Part shown: positions 17,772-29,066 of the stretch, piece by piece
Position numbering within the stretch: the stretch's first letter is position 1
Layout of the letters: each line of letters begins with the position of its first letter
Sequence record: PQ615101
Strand: one strand, 5' to 3'
Length of the DNA stretch: 64,000 nt
Source: Shigella phage SP21535
The notes under the pieces: generated by a model
Seen by the model: the letters and a program-made list of their open reading frames with translations, nothing else
The model's database searches: none
What the model was told of the DNA's origin: nothing
Program-made: the position numbers and the translations under genes

Positions 17772-19199
17772 GTGGTAGAAATTATTCTTTCTCATCTCAT
17801 ATTTGATCAAGCTTATTTTTCAAAAGTTTGGCCATATATGGATTCAGAATATTTTGAAAGTGGTCCAGCTAAAAATACATTCAAATTAATTAAATCTCAT
17901 GTCAATGAGTATCATAGCGTTCCATCTATTAATGCGTTAAATGTTGCATTAGAAAATAGTTCATTTACTGAAACAGAATATTCTGGTGTAAAAACACTTA
18001 TTTCAAAACTGGCTGATTCTCCGGAAGACCACAGCTGGTTAGTAAAAGAAACAGAAAAATATGTTCAGCAAAGGGCGATGTTTAATGCTACGTCTAAAAT
18101 AATCGAAATTCAAACTAATGCTGAGCTTTCTCCGGAAAAACGAAATAAGAAAATGCCGGATGTTGGTGCTATTCCTGACATCATGCGCCAAGCATTATCA
18201 ATTTCATTTGATAGCTACGTTGGTCATGATTGGATGGATGACTACGAAGCACGTTGGCTATCTTATATGAATAAAGCTCGTAAGGTTCCATTTAAACTCA
18301 AAATTCTAAATAAAATTACTAAAGGCGGAGCTGAGACTGGAACACTGAACGTTTTAATGGCTGGTGTTAACGTTGGTAAGTCATTAGGTCTATGTTCATT
18401 GGCAGCAGATTATTTGCAGCTCGGACATAATGTTCTTTACATTTCCATGGAAATGGCTGAAGAAGTTTGTGCTAAACGTATTGACGCTAATATGCTTGAT
18501 GTTTCTCTTGATGACATTGATGATGGGCATATTTCTTACGCTGAATATAAAGGAAAAATGGAAAAATGGCGTGAGAAATCTACTCTTGGTCGTTTAATCG
18601 TTAAACAGTATCCTACTGGTGGAGCAGATGCTAACACATTCAGGTCTCTCTTGAATGAATTGAAGCTCAAGAAGAATTTTGTTCCAACAATCATTATTGT
18701 CGACTATCTAGGTATTTGTAAATCTTGCCGCATTAGAATTTATTCAGAAAATAGTTACACAACTGTTAAAGCTATTGCAGAAGAATTGCGTGCTCTGGCT
18801 GTTGAAACCGAAACTGTTCTTTGGACTGCAGCACAGGTTGGTAAACAAGCTTGGGATTCTTCTGATGTTAACATGAGTGATATTGCAGAATCCGCCGGTC
18901 TTCCAGCAACAGCCGATTTTATGCTTGCGGTCATTGAAACTGAGGAGTTAGCAGCTGCTGAACAACAACTCATTAAGCAAATCAAATCACGATATGGTGA
19001 TAAGAATAAATGGAATAAGTTTTTGATGGGTGTTCAAAAAGGAAATCAAAAATGGGTAGAAATTGAGCAAGATTCTACTCCAACTGAAGTGAACGAAGTA
19101 ACAGGTTCACAACAGATACAAGCTGAGCAGAATCGCTATCAAAGAAATGAATCTACTCGAGCCCAGTTAGATGCTTTAGCAAATGAATTAAAATTTTAG
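17772..19199 (+). CDS. 41: replicative DNA helicase gp41 (DnaB-like)
   Basis: 475 aa, GTG start after AAGGAG; Walker A GVNVGKS. Confidence 0.9.
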   Translation: MVEIILSHLIFDQAYFSKVWPYMDSEYFESGPAKNTFKLIKSHVNEYHSVPSINALNVALENSSFTETEYSGVKTLISKLADSPEDHSWLVKETEKYVQQRAMFNATSKIIEIQTNAELSPEKRNKKMPDVGAIPDIMRQALSISFDSYVGHDWMDDYEARWLSYMNKARKVPFKLKILNKITKGGAETGTLNVLMAGVNVGKSLGLCSLAADYLQLGHNVLYISMEMAEEVCAKRIDANMLDVSLDDIDDGHISYAEYKGKMEKWREKSTLGRLIVKQYPTGGADANTFRSLLNELKLKKNFVPTIIIVDYLGICKSCRIRIYSENSYTTVKAIAEELRALAVETETVLWTAAQVGKQAWDSSDVNMSDIAESAGLPATADFMLAVIETEELAAAEQQLIKQIKSRYGDKNKWNKFLMGVQKGNQKWVEIEQDSTPTEVNEVTGSQQIQAEQNRYQRNESTRAQLDALANELKF

Positions 19200-19228
19200 T
19201 TTACAAGCTGACAAGACTATGGTATAGT
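19199..19228 (+). promoter_or_regulatory. T4-type early promoter
   Basis: GTTTAC, 18-bp spacer, TATAGT; -10 lies inside inverted repeat CAAGACTA/TAGTCTTG. Confidence 0.6.
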
Positions 19229-19256
19229 AGTCTTGTTGGTTAAATGAGGAGATGTT

Positions 19257-19439
19257 ATGGAATTGGTAAAGGTAGTTTTTATGGGGTGGTTTAAGAATAA
19301 AAGCATGTTTACTAAAGAAATCACAATGATGAAAGATGACGTTCAATGGGCTACTACTCAATATGCTGAAGTTAATAAAGCATTAGTTAAAGCTTTCATT
19401 GATGGCAAGAAAGTATGTGAAGTTGATTGTCGAGGGTAA
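19257..19439 (+). CDS. dmd: Dmd, discriminator of mRNA degradation (antitoxin against RnlA/LsoA)
   Basis: 60-aa product MELVKVVFMGWFKN...; location upstream of 61 cluster. Confidence 0.65.
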   Translation: MELVKVVFMGWFKNKSMFTKEITMMKDDVQWATTQYAEVNKALVKAFIDGKKVCEVDCRG

Positions 19440-19440
19440 T

Positions 19441-19698
19441 ATGCATATTGTTTTATTTAAACCTACTCCGTATAATGTCAGGAAAAATACTCAATTCAAA
19501 GCACTTGTTGCAGATACGTGGGAATTGGTGTTAGATATTCCACCAGAAGAAAGTCCTCCATTTGGTCGAGTGGAATTTATTAAGTTTGCTGTTCGCCCTA
19601 CGAAGCGGCAGATTCGTCAGTGTAAAAGGTATTTTCGTAAGATCGTTAAGCTAGAGAAACAGTTTGTAACATGTGATTACGCAAAAGTTTTAAAATAA
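19441..19698 (+). CDS. hypothetical protein
   Basis: ATG 19441 after GAGGG; overlaps dmd stop. Confidence 0.4.
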   Translation: MHIVLFKPTPYNVRKNTQFKALVADTWELVLDIPPEESPPFGRVEFIKFAVRPTKRQIRQCKRYFRKIVKLEKQFVTCDYAKVLK

Positions 19699-19759
19699 CT
19701 GTTTACTTTTATTGGAAATTGAGATACTATATAAACATAAACTACTGAGGAGATTAATC

Positions 19760-20053
19760 ATGAAAAAATTTATCTTTGCTACAATTTTTGCTTTAGCTTC
19801 TTGTGCTGCTCAGCCTGCTATGGCAGGTTATGATAAAGATTTGTGCGAATGGTCTATGACTGCGGATCAGACTGAGGTTGAAACTCAAATTGAAGCGGAT
19901 ATTATGAATATCGTTGAACGTGATCGTCCTGAAATGAAAGCTGAAGTGCAAAAACAGCTTAAGTCTGGTGGTGTAATGCAGTATAATTATGTTCTATATT
20001 GCGATAAAAACTTTAATAATAAAAATATCATCGCTGAAGTGGTAGGTGAGTAA
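19760..20053 (+). CDS. sp: Spackle-like periplasmic protein
   Basis: 97 aa with signal peptide MKKFIFATIFALASCAAQPAMA; RBS GAGGAG. Confidence 0.6.
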   Translation: MKKFIFATIFALASCAAQPAMAGYDKDLCEWSMTADQTEVETQIEADIMNIVERDRPEMKAEVQKQLKSGGVMQYNYVLYCDKNFNNKNIIAEVVGE

Positions 20054-20065
20054 TTAGAGGTTAAT

Positions 20066-20422
20066 ATGTATAGTTCTGAATTTTCATATTTAAAAATGGA
20101 AAAAATTTCATACGATTTTATAGATGAAAAGGTTTATTACAGTTTCCATGAACCGCGTTTTAATAGTGAGGTTGGGTTTATTGTAGTAAAAGACAATTTC
20201 ATTTTAAAAATATATTCAGCATTAAAGGATTTTCATTACGAAAATATTAACCTAAAATTTAATAAAGAAAACGTTCGTAATTGCGCAGTAACAATTACAG
20301 GAAATAAAGGTACATGTGTTATGCTATCTGATGAAATTAATGATTTGCTAAATGATGCAGAAAATATTACTGCACCATCTATTGATGACCAAATTTTTAA
20401 TGCTTTTATGAATAGAGGTTAA
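20066..20422 (+). CDS. hypothetical protein
   Basis: 118-codon ORF in 61.x cluster. Confidence 0.45.
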   Translation: MYSSEFSYLKMEKISYDFIDEKVYYSFHEPRFNSEVGFIVVKDNFILKIYSALKDFHYENINLKFNKENVRNCAVTITGNKGTCVMLSDEINDLLNDAENITAPSIDDQIFNAFMNRG

Positions 20423-20423
20423 T

Positions 20424-20588
20424 ATGAAAACATATAAAGAATTTATTAAAGAAGATATGGTAGCTGGAGATTCAGGTGGTAATCCTGAAAATATCTCTAC
20501 TGGAACAACGTCAGGCGCTGTAGTAAATAAAGGTCCTGAACAGATTCCTAAAAAGAAAAAAGAGGAATCTAAAGAAAAAGAAGAGTAA
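20424..20588 (+). CDS. hypothetical small basic protein (54 aa)
   Basis: ATG 20424 to TAA 20588; Lys/Glu-rich tail. Confidence 0.35.
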   Translation: MKTYKEFIKEDMVAGDSGGNPENISTGTTSGAVVNKGPEQIPKKKKEESKEKEE

Positions 20589-20591
20589 AAA

Positions 20592-21620
20592 ATGTCATCA
20601 ATACCTTGGATTGATAATGAGTTTGCATATCGTGCGCTAGCTCATTTACCTAAATTCACACAAGTAAATAATAGTTCAACTTTTAAATTACGGTTTAGAT
20701 GCCCTGTTTGTGGAGATTCAAAAACCGATCAAAATAAAGCCCGTGGATGGTATTATGGTGATAACAATGAAGGAAATATTCATTGTTATAACTGTAACTA
20801 TCATGCACCAATCGGAATATATCTAAAGGAGTTTGAACCTGATTTATATCGTGAGTATATCTTTGAAATAAGAAAAGAAAAAGGTAAAAGTCGTCCAGTA
20901 GAAAAACCTAAAGAACTTCCTAAACAACCTGAGAAGAAAATAATTAAATCTCTTCCGTCATGTGTTAGATTAGATAAACTGGCGGAAGACCATCCAATTA
21001 TAAAATATGTAAAAGCTCGTTGTATTCCAAAGGATAAATGGAAATATCTTTGGTTTACAACCGAATGGCCTAAATTGGTTAATAGCATAGTACCGGGAAC
21101 ATATAAAAAGGAAATTTCTGAGCCTCGTCTTGTTATTCCAATTTATAATGCTAATGGAAAGGCTGAGTCTTTTCAAGGACGCGCATTAAAGAAAGATGCT
21201 CCACAAAAGTATATCACCATCAAAGCTTATCCTGAGGCAACAAAAATCTATGGAGTCGAACGAGTTAAAGATGGTGATGTATATGTTCTAGAAGGACCTA
21301 TAGATTCACTTTTTATTGAAAATGGTATAGCCATTACGGGTGGTCAATTAGACCTAGAAGTTGTTCCATTTAAAGATAGACGAGTGTGGGTCTTAGATAA
21401 TGAACCTCGTCACCCTGACACTATTAAACGAATGACTAAATTAGTTGATGCAGGAGAAAGGGTTATGTTTTGGGATAAATCTCCCTGGAAATCAAAAGAT
21501 GTTAATGATATGATTAGAAAGGAAGGTGCAACCCCTGAACAAATTATGGAATATATGAAAAATAATATTGCCCAGGGGTTAATGGCTAAAATGCGGTTAT
21601 CTAAATATGCTAAGATTTAA
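20592..21620 (+). CDS. 61: DNA primase gp61
   Basis: 342 aa; zinc ribbon CPVCGDS...CYNCNYH; Toprim-like C-terminal region. Confidence 0.9.
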   Translation: MSSIPWIDNEFAYRALAHLPKFTQVNNSSTFKLRFRCPVCGDSKTDQNKARGWYYGDNNEGNIHCYNCNYHAPIGIYLKEFEPDLYREYIFEIRKEKGKSRPVEKPKELPKQPEKKIIKSLPSCVRLDKLAEDHPIIKYVKARCIPKDKWKYLWFTTEWPKLVNSIVPGTYKKEISEPRLVIPIYNANGKAESFQGRALKKDAPQKYITIKAYPEATKIYGVERVKDGDVYVLEGPIDSLFIENGIAITGGQLDLEVVPFKDRRVWVLDNEPRHPDTIKRMTKLVDAGERVMFWDKSPWKSKDVNDMIRKEGATPEQIMEYMKNNIAQGLMAKMRLSKYAKI

Positions 21621-21817
21621 ATTAACCCAACTAAAGCAAATGCTAAATCTACGAATGTATCAAGAGTAACTACTGGAATACTAACGCCATGAGCAATAGC
21701 AACTGGCGATAAAACAAAATTCCAAAGTAAAATTCCTATCATAGCAGAAATAGTAAAAGCTATACGTTTCTTATTACCTTTGATGGCATTAACAAGTGCC
21801 ATTAATTTTTGTACCAT
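21617..21817 (-). CDS. small hydrophobic (membrane) protein, antisense to the early transcription direction
   Basis: 66 aa; strong SD AAGGAGGA 5 nt upstream of ATG on the minus strand; convergent with gene 61. Confidence 0.5.
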   Translation of the reverse strand: MVQKLMALVNAIKGNKKRIAFTISAMIGILLWNFVLSPVAIAHGVSIPVVTLDTFVDLAFALVGLI

Positions 21818-21852
21818 ATGTCCTCCTTTAAATTAATATTTATCATAAATTT

Positions 21853-21882
21853 GTTTACTTTCTCAGCTTGTTATGGTATTAT
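21853..21882 (+). promoter_or_regulatory. T4-type early promoter
   Basis: GTTTAC, 18-bp spacer, TATTAT. Confidence 0.6.
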
Positions 21883-21907
21883 AAAATAAATTGCTGAGGA
21901 TGATATA

Positions 21908-23247
<1,340 letters not shown>

Positions 23248-23307
23248 TTGCTTACATACTCAAATGATATAATTATTTAACTTATTAATGAATTGAAAGG
23301 AAAACTA

Positions 23308-23826
23308 ATGGCTCACTTTAATGAATGCGCTCATTTGATCGAAGGTGTTGATAAAGCAAATCGTGCATATGCTGAGTATATTATGCACAGTATTGACCCA
23401 TTGCAGGTTATGCTTGACATGCAGCGGCATTTACAGATTCGTTTGGCTAATGATAAACCAGAAACAAATCGTCATCCCGATTCACTTGAAACTGCAGGAG
23501 AAGTTCTTGCTTGGCTGCGAAACCAAGACGATTATATCGCAGACGAAACTCGCGAGTTATATACTTCTCTTGGTGGTATGAGTAATGGTGAAAAAGAAGC
23601 TTCTGCTGTATGGAAACCTTGGAAGAAACGTTATTCTGAAATGCAATCCAAGAAAATTCAAGATTTATCTCCTGAAGATCAACTTGAAATTAAATTTGAA
23701 CTGATTGATCAATTTCACTTTTTCATGAATAAATTCATTGCTCTTGGAATGTCAGCTGAAGAAATCTTTAAACTTTATTATCTGAAAAATGCTGAAAATT
23801 TCGCTCGTCAAGACCGAGGTTATTAA
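23308..23826 (+). CDS. 56: dCTP pyrophosphatase (dCTPase/dUTPase) gp56
   Basis: MAHFNECAHLIEGVDKA...; MazG-like; RBS AAAGGAAAA. Confidence 0.85.
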   Translation: MAHFNECAHLIEGVDKANRAYAEYIMHSIDPLQVMLDMQRHLQIRLANDKPETNRHPDSLETAGEVLAWLRNQDDYIADETRELYTSLGGMSNGEKEASAVWKPWKKRYSEMQSKKIQDLSPEDQLEIKFELIDQFHFFMNKFIALGMSAEEIFKLYYLKNAENFARQDRGY

Positions 23827-24026
23827 TGGCTCGTTTAAATAAACGTCAACTTAAGAAAGCCCACAAGAAACGTATTGACCAGCTATTTAAAGATTATGAC
23901 AAGGAGCTCACATATGAGCTCTTATCTAATCAGCTTCGTATGGTTGATTGGGTTGCAGAAGAAAGCCCTGACGAAATTTTTGTAAGTGAAGAAGCCTTAA
24001 AATTAATTATAGAGCATTCAAAATGA
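23826..24026 (+). CDS. hypothetical small basic protein
   Basis: 66-codon ORF coupled to gene 56 stop. Confidence 0.4.
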   Translation: MARLNKRQLKKAHKKRIDQLFKDYDKELTYELLSNQLRMVDWVAEESPDEIFVSEEALKLIIEHSK

Positions 24027-24196
24027 AAATATCCAAAGAAGAATTTATTAGACGTCAAAAAGCTTTAATTAATTTACATGAGTGGTATGCTTATCAACTT
24101 AAAGTAGATAGCTCTAACATAAATGCTGTAATGGCTTTATATAAACAAATTCAAGATGAGCATGAATTCCTGGCACAAGTTTTCATTGAAGATTGA
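24023..24196 (+). CDS. hypothetical small protein (57 aa)
   Basis: ATGA overlap with previous ORF. Confidence 0.3.
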   Translation: MKISKEEFIRRQKALINLHEWYAYQLKVDSSNINAVMALYKQIQDEHEFLAQVFIED

Positions 24197-24204
24197 TATA
24201 AATA
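24197..24204 (+). promoter_or_regulatory. late promoter (TATAAATA) for soc
   Basis: Exact TATAAATA about 30 nt upstream of soc ATG, followed by AAAGGAG. Confidence 0.7.
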
Positions 24205-24235
24205 CATCTGTAATTAAACAATAAAGGAGTTTATT

Positions 24236-24472
24236 ATGGGTGGTTTCGTTAACATCAAGACCTTTACTCATCCAGCGGGTGAAGGCAAAGAAGTTAAAGG
24301 TATGGAAGTTTCTGTTCCGTTTGAAATTTATTCTAACGAGCATCGTATTGCAGATTCTCATTATCAGACCTTTCCTTCTGAAAAGGCGGCATATTCTACT
24401 GTAGTTTCTGATGCAGCTGACTGGAAAACTAAGAATGCTGCAATGTTTACGCCTACAACAATAGGTGGTTAA
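24236..24472 (+). CDS. soc: small outer capsid protein Soc
   Basis: 78 aa; VNIKTF...HYQTFPSEKAAYSTV motif as in T4 Soc. Confidence 0.85.
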   Translation: MGGFVNIKTFTHPAGEGKEVKGMEVSVPFEIYSNEHRIADSHYQTFPSEKAAYSTVVSDAADWKTKNAAMFTPTTIGG

Positions 24473-24478
24473 TAATTC

Positions 24479-24505
24479 AAGGACTCCTTCGGGAGTCCTT
24501 TTTTC
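24479..24505 (+). terminator. intrinsic terminator after soc
   Basis: AAGGACTCC-TTCG-GGAGTCCTT followed by TTTTTT. Confidence 0.7.
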
Positions 24506-24513
24506 ATTTTATG

Positions 24514-24543
24514 GTTTACTTTCCAAAATGAGTATGGTATAAT
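24514..24543 (+). promoter_or_regulatory. T4-type early promoter
   Basis: GTTTAC, 18-bp spacer, TATAAT. Confidence 0.65.
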
Positions 24544-24569
24544 AGAATTATCTTATAGAGGAGAGCACT

Positions 24570-24782
24570 ATGTTAAATCGTTGGATTAAACCAAATGAAG
24601 ACCTTCAGAAGGTTCTTGATAAAGCTATCTCTGATAAATGGGGTATGAAAAGCTGGGATTGTGATGTCGTCACGCATTCATTCATGATGCATGCAGATGG
24701 TTCAGTCGAGTTCAATGCTGAAATGCGATATACTGACTGGGGTGGATTTCAAAGAGTCGAATTTCAAAGAGGCTTTTTGTAA
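24570..24782 (+). CDS. hypothetical protein
   Basis: 70-codon ORF downstream of early promoter. Confidence 0.45.
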   Translation: MLNRWIKPNEDLQKVLDKAISDKWGMKSWDCDVVTHSFMMHADGSVEFNAEMRYTDWGGFQRVEFQRGFL

Positions 24783-25114
24783 TGTTTATCTTTAATTGGT
24801 TTAAAAGTTTCTTTACGGATTTTTTCTCTACGACTCCTGGAGAAGGTGTAGTTCCTATTTCAAATGACTACCTTCCTTTAACTGTAGTTGAGTATGTTTA
24901 TATGGGAGATGGAACAGTAGAAGCAGTTACTATGACTTATGAAGAAGCCCAAGAATATTATAAAAATCCTTGGCGCTGGTCAACACCTACTACATCATCT
25001 AACACACAGTCTAGTTCTGATTCATATGATACAAATGTCCCTGTTCATGTATGGGCAGGTGATTCATGCGGAAGTTCTTGTGATTCTAGCTGTTCATCTA
25101 CATCTTGTGATTGA
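24782..25114 (+). CDS. hypothetical protein with Ser/Cys-rich C-terminal tail
   Basis: 110 aa ending ...[18 protein letters not shown]. Confidence 0.45.
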   Translation: MFIFNWFKSFFTDFFSTTPGEGVVPISNDYLPLTVVEYVYMGDGTVEAVTMTYEEAQEYYKNPWRWSTPTTSSNTQSSSDSYDTNVPVHVWAGDSCGSSCDSSCSSTSCD

Positions 25115-25608
25115 GGAAAATTATGGAAGCGATTTTGTTTGAAATGTATATTAGCAGTAATAGCATGGCGTTTGCTAAAGATATTCCAATTACAGTAGCA
25201 GTAATGATTGATAAGGGTTATTGTGACCCAATGTATCTCGTAGAAAATTTCGTTTCAATGCCAGTTCCAGAAGATGCTGAAATAAAACTTAAAAAGATTG
25301 GTATTATTGAAACTGTACCAAATATTCCGTTTAGAGCAATTGAAGCATTTACTAAATCCGAATACATTAATGTTAGCGCAGAACAATATAATGATAAACC
25401 TTTATCTTTCTATTCGTATGATTCATTATATAGTTGGAAAATAGATAAAGGAAATAAATTTATAATTGCAAGTGAAGATGCTTTATCATACTTTATTTAT
25501 TATGTATGGAATAATTTAAATCCAAAATTGCTAAAAATTCATGAATTTGACGATGCTCCTACTATTGTTTTAGGTAAAACAAATGAAAGTTCTGAAGAAA
25601 ATGCTTGA
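25111..25608 (+). CDS. hypothetical protein
   Basis: 165-codon ORF, translationally coupled. Confidence 0.5.
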   Translation: MRKIMEAILFEMYISSNSMAFAKDIPITVAVMIDKGYCDPMYLVENFVSMPVPEDAEIKLKKIGIIETVPNIPFRAIEAFTKSEYINVSAEQYNDKPLSFYSYDSLYSWKIDKGNKFIIASEDALSYFIYYVWNNLNPKLLKIHEFDDAPTIVLGKTNESSEENA

Positions 25609-25786
25609 ATGGTTCAATAGACCAAACTCAATGTATATTGACGATGGTTGGGTTGAACAGGCAAATAAAGAAATGCAGAACGAATCGGAAGAATGGATGA
25701 AATCAATGATTAGTGCTGAGAAAGAAAAGAAATTAGAACGCTCAGCGCTTAAATTGATGAGAGACATCTATGGGGATAAATCGTGA
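25583..25786 (+). CDS. hypothetical protein
   Basis: 67-codon ORF. Confidence 0.35.
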   Translation: MKVLKKMLEWFNRPNSMYIDDGWVEQANKEMQNESEEWMKSMISAEKEKKLERSALKLMRDIYGDKS

Positions 25787-25939
25787 ACAGAGATATGACG
25801 TTAGAAGAGGCCAAGGCTAAAGCAAATGAAGCACTGGATTTGCTTCTTAAAATCGGTAGTAAAATGATGGAAGAAAATGAGAAATATATCCAGGAAAACA
25901 AAATTCCTGATGGTCCATTAGTAGGCAAAAGGAAATCCC

Positions 25940-26410
25940 ATGATTGAAGTAGCAAAACATTATTCAATAGAATTTATGTCTAAAGAAGGTAAATCGGTAA
26001 ATACACTTGATAAAGAGTGCTCATTAATTATTCCTTTAGCAGAAAATCCGGATATTTTAATTAAAGATATAAAAGAAAGAAAATATCCAGAAAATGTTAT
26101 TCTAATTATAAAGCATACTGAAGATATTTTGCAGAATACTGATTCACCGTTTTCTTCTTCTGAAGCTTTAACTATTAAAGGCTATAAAAGAGCTCATGAA
26201 TATGGTCTTTTTGACCTGTTTGAAGACGATAAAGTTAAATTAGCGAGTCAACCTTCTAAAAGTAAAACATTCATTATTGAAGATATTAAAGATATAAATG
26301 CATTTGTTAAGATGGTCTGGGCTCATTTTGATGTTGGACTACGCTGGAGAATGTCCGAAGAAGAAAGAAAGATTATTGAAGCTAATCGTCAATTTGGTTT
26401 TTATCGCTAG
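25940..26410 (+). CDS. hypothetical protein
   Basis: 156-codon ORF. Confidence 0.5.
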   Translation: MIEVAKHYSIEFMSKEGKSVNTLDKECSLIIPLAENPDILIKDIKERKYPENVILIIKHTEDILQNTDSPFSSSEALTIKGYKRAHEYGLFDLFEDDKVKLASQPSKSKTFIIEDIKDINAFVKMVWAHFDVGLRWRMSEEERKIIEANRQFGFYR

Positions 26411-26418
26411 GAATTAAT

Positions 26419-26601
26419 ATGGATTTATTTGAGATGTTAGAAGATAATCATTCTACGAATATCCAGAATGATTCTAGTGATTATAAGAAAGAGTACCGTA
26501 TAGTATTACAGAATTATGGAATTGAAGCCCCAGATGCTCTTCTAGAAGAACTAGCTTCATACCATCTTGACCCTCCGCCTTGGGCTCCCTGGGCAAAATA
26601 A
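26419..26601 (+). CDS. hypothetical small acidic protein
   Basis: 60-codon ORF. Confidence 0.35.
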   Translation: MDLFEMLEDNHSTNIQNDSSDYKKEYRIVLQNYGIEAPDALLEELASYHLDPPPWAPWAK

Positions 26602-26612
26602 TTCAAAAAGTT

Positions 26613-26642
26613 GTTTACTTTCCTTCCTAACAATGATATGAT
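26613..26642 (+). promoter_or_regulatory. T4-type early promoter
   Basis: aaaaagttGTTTAC, 18-bp spacer, TATGAT. Confidence 0.6.
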
Positions 26643-26668
26643 AGCTTCTGAAGTATATGGAGGCTATC

Positions 26669-27292
26669 ATGATTATTAATCTTGCAGATGTTGAACAGTT
26701 ATCTATAAAAGCTGAAAGCGTTGATTTTCAATATGATATGTATAAAAAGGTTTGTGAAAAATTTACTGACTTTGAACAGTCAGTTCTTTGGCAATGTATG
26801 GAAGCCAAAAAGAATGAAGCTCTTCATCGGCAGTTGAATAAAATCGTTAAAAAGCATTTAACTAAATCACCTTATCAGCTATATCGTGGTATATCAAAAT
26901 CGACAAAAGAACTCATTAAAGATTTACAAGTTGGAGAAGTGTTTTCAACGAACAGAGTAGATTCATTTACTACTAGTTTGCATACAGCGTGTTCTTTTTC
27001 TTATGCTGAATATTTCACTGAAATAGTACTTCGCTTAAAAACTGACAAAGCTTTTAATTACTCTGACCATATCAGCGATATTATACTTTCTTCTCCTAAT
27101 ACTGAGTTTAAGTATACATATGAAGATACTGATGGATTAGATTCAGAACGTACTGATAACTTAATGATGATTGTGCGTGAACAAGAATGGATGATTCCAA
27201 TTGGAAAGTATAAAATAACTTCTATTTCAAAAGAAAAATTACACGATTCATTTGGAACATTTAAAGTGTATGATATTGAGGTAGTTGAATGA
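26669..27292 (+). CDS. modB: ADP-ribosyltransferase ModB
   Basis: 207 aa; R-S-E triad YRG / TTS / EQEWMIP; RBS GGAGG before ATG 26669. Confidence 0.7.
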   Translation: MIINLADVEQLSIKAESVDFQYDMYKKVCEKFTDFEQSVLWQCMEAKKNEALHRQLNKIVKKHLTKSPYQLYRGISKSTKELIKDLQVGEVFSTNRVDSFTTSLHTACSFSYAEYFTEIVLRLKTDKAFNYSDHISDIILSSPNTEFKYTYEDTDGLDSERTDNLMMIVREQEWMIPIGKYKITSISKEKLHDSFGTFKVYDIEVVE

Positions 27293-27891
27293 AATATTCA
27301 GCAATGCAATTAAAAGATTTTAAAATCAAATCAATGGATGCATCGGTGCGTGCTTCTATTCGTGAAGAATTACTTTCTGAAGGATTTAATTTATCTGAAA
27401 TTGAACTTTTAATTCATTGTATTACTAATAAGCCAGACGATCATTCTTGGTTAAATGAAATAATCAAATCTCGTTTGGTTCCAAACGATAAACCTCTTTG
27501 GAGAGGTGTTCCAGTTGAGACTAAGCAGGCGTTAAATCAAGGAATTGATATTATTACATTCGATAAAGTAGTATCAGCTTCATATGATAAAAATATAGCT
27601 CTGCATTTTGCTTCTGGATTAGAATACAACACGCAAGTTATTTTTGAATTCAAAGCTCCTATGGTATTTAATTTTCAGGAGTATGCTATAAAAGCTCTAC
27701 GTTGTAAAGAATATAGTCCGAGTTTTAAATTTCCAGATAGCCATCGCTATCGTAATATGGAATTAGTTTCAGATGAACAAGAAGTAATGATACCAGCTGG
27801 AAGTGTATTTAGAATTGCAGATAGATATGAGTATAAAAAGTATTCAACATACACTATCTATACTCTTGATTTTGAAGGATTTAATCTATAA
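27289..27891 (+). CDS. modA: ADP-ribosyltransferase ModA
   Basis: 200 aa; LWRG / SAS / EQEVMIP; ATGA overlap with modB. Confidence 0.7.
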   Translation: MKYSAMQLKDFKIKSMDASVRASIREELLSEGFNLSEIELLIHCITNKPDDHSWLNEIIKSRLVPNDKPLWRGVPVETKQALNQGIDIITFDKVVSASYDKNIALHFASGLEYNTQVIFEFKAPMVFNFQEYAIKALRCKEYSPSFKFPDSHRYRNMELVSDEQEVMIPAGSVFRIADRYEYKKYSTYTIYTLDFEGFNL

Positions 27892-27947
27892 TGGAAGGAC
27901 TTAGATTCATTATACCATGAAAGTTTTAAAGCATTTTTCATAAAGTT

Positions 27948-27977
27948 GTTTACAAGCTGAAGTAAAAATGATATAGT
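27948..27977 (+). promoter_or_regulatory. T4-type early promoter
   Basis: GTTTAC, 18-bp spacer, TATAGT. Confidence 0.6.
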
Positions 27978-28006
27978 ATAAGTAGTTAACTGTCCGTGAG
28001 AAAAAT

Positions 28007-28753
28007 ATGAAACTGTCTAATAATCAAATTCGTAAAATTACACGTCGTCTAGAGCATACTCAGGCATCGGCTAAAAGACGTTCTAAAGATTTTAACTTAG
28101 ACTTCAATTACATTAAGAACATTTTAGATCAGAAAGTTTGCGCTTACTCGGGAGAACCTTTTGATAATCGTATTGAAGGAGAGAAATTATCATTAGAACG
28201 TTTTGATAATAACGTTGGATACATTAAAGGGAATGTTATTGCAGTAAAGAAAAAGTATAATACATTTCGTTCTGATTATACTTTAGAAGAGTTGATTGAA
28301 AAGCGTGATTTATTTGCTTTGCGAATTGGTCGTTCATCTGCGAAAAAAGTTCATAAACTAAATTTAGATGAAAAGAAATGGGCTAAAATCAAAAAGACTT
28401 ATAATCAAATTAAAGCTATACAGAAAAAACGTGAAAACCGAATTGAGCACATTTCTCAGCTTTCTAAATCAAAACAAACTTCTGACGTTAAGCTAACGAT
28501 TATAGCACTCAAAGCTCGTATTGATGGTTCTCGTATAGCAGAAGGCGCTGAAGTTGTTAAATTGAACGTTCTTCTTAAAGGCTCGGATTGGAAAACTGTG
28601 AAAAAGTTGTCAGAAGCAGAAATGCAATATGATATGTGTGATAAAATTATTCAAGGTGTAGAGCGGTATCAAAACTTGTCTTTTATTGATAAACTTAAAC
28701 TGAAAAGAGGATACCCGCTAAATTGTTCAATTTTTAAACTTATCCGAGGATAA
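28007..28753 (+). CDS. hypothetical basic protein (Srd-like position)
   Basis: 248 aa, Lys/Arg-rich; sits where srd lies in T4; sequence identity not verified. Confidence 0.4.
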   Translation: MKLSNNQIRKITRRLEHTQASAKRRSKDFNLDFNYIKNILDQKVCAYSGEPFDNRIEGEKLSLERFDNNVGYIKGNVIAVKKKYNTFRSDYTLEELIEKRDLFALRIGRSSAKKVHKLNLDEKKWAKIKKTYNQIKAIQKKRENRIEHISQLSKSKQTSDVKLTIIALKARIDGSRIAEGAEVVKLNVLLKGSDWKTVKKLSEAEMQYDMCDKIIQGVERYQNLSFIDKLKLKRGYPLNCSIFKLIRG

Positions 28754-28754
28754 T

Positions 28755-29066
28755 ATGTTTTATGTATATGCGATAGTGTATAGAGATAAAGATGGATTTG
28801 CGGTGCCTGTTCCTCTTGATGAACATCGTCCTGCTGTATTTTTTGAAAGGGAGATTGCTGATAAAGTATTTACAACTCTTAAAGAGCAGTATCAACTAGC
28901 TTTAGGTATGGGAATTCCTAGATTAGTTGAGACTCCACGCAAGTTTTGGTTTAATAAAATAGAAGTTAAACACGTTAAGCCTGATGTAGACACACAAAGA
29001 TTATATCGGCGAATTTTAGATACTGGGCGTATTGTTAGTATACCAATTGCAGGGAATTTACGATGA
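28755..29066 (+). CDS. hypothetical protein
   Basis: 103-codon ORF directly upstream of dda. Confidence 0.45.
   Translation: MFYVYAIVYRDKDGFAVPVPLDEHRPAVFFEREIADKVFTTLKEQYQLALGMGIPRLVETPRKFWFNKIEVKHVKPDVDTQRLYRRILDTGRIVSIPIAGNLR

Noticed and set aside
23345-23581. Alternative-frame ORF inside gene 56
   Set aside because: Overlaps the dCTPase gene in another frame with no start context.
28007-28753. Possible HNH homing endonuclease
   Set aside because: The N-terminal region is only loosely reminiscent of a His-Me finger, and the catalytic His/Asn residues are not convincingly present; kept as a hypothetical Srd-position protein.
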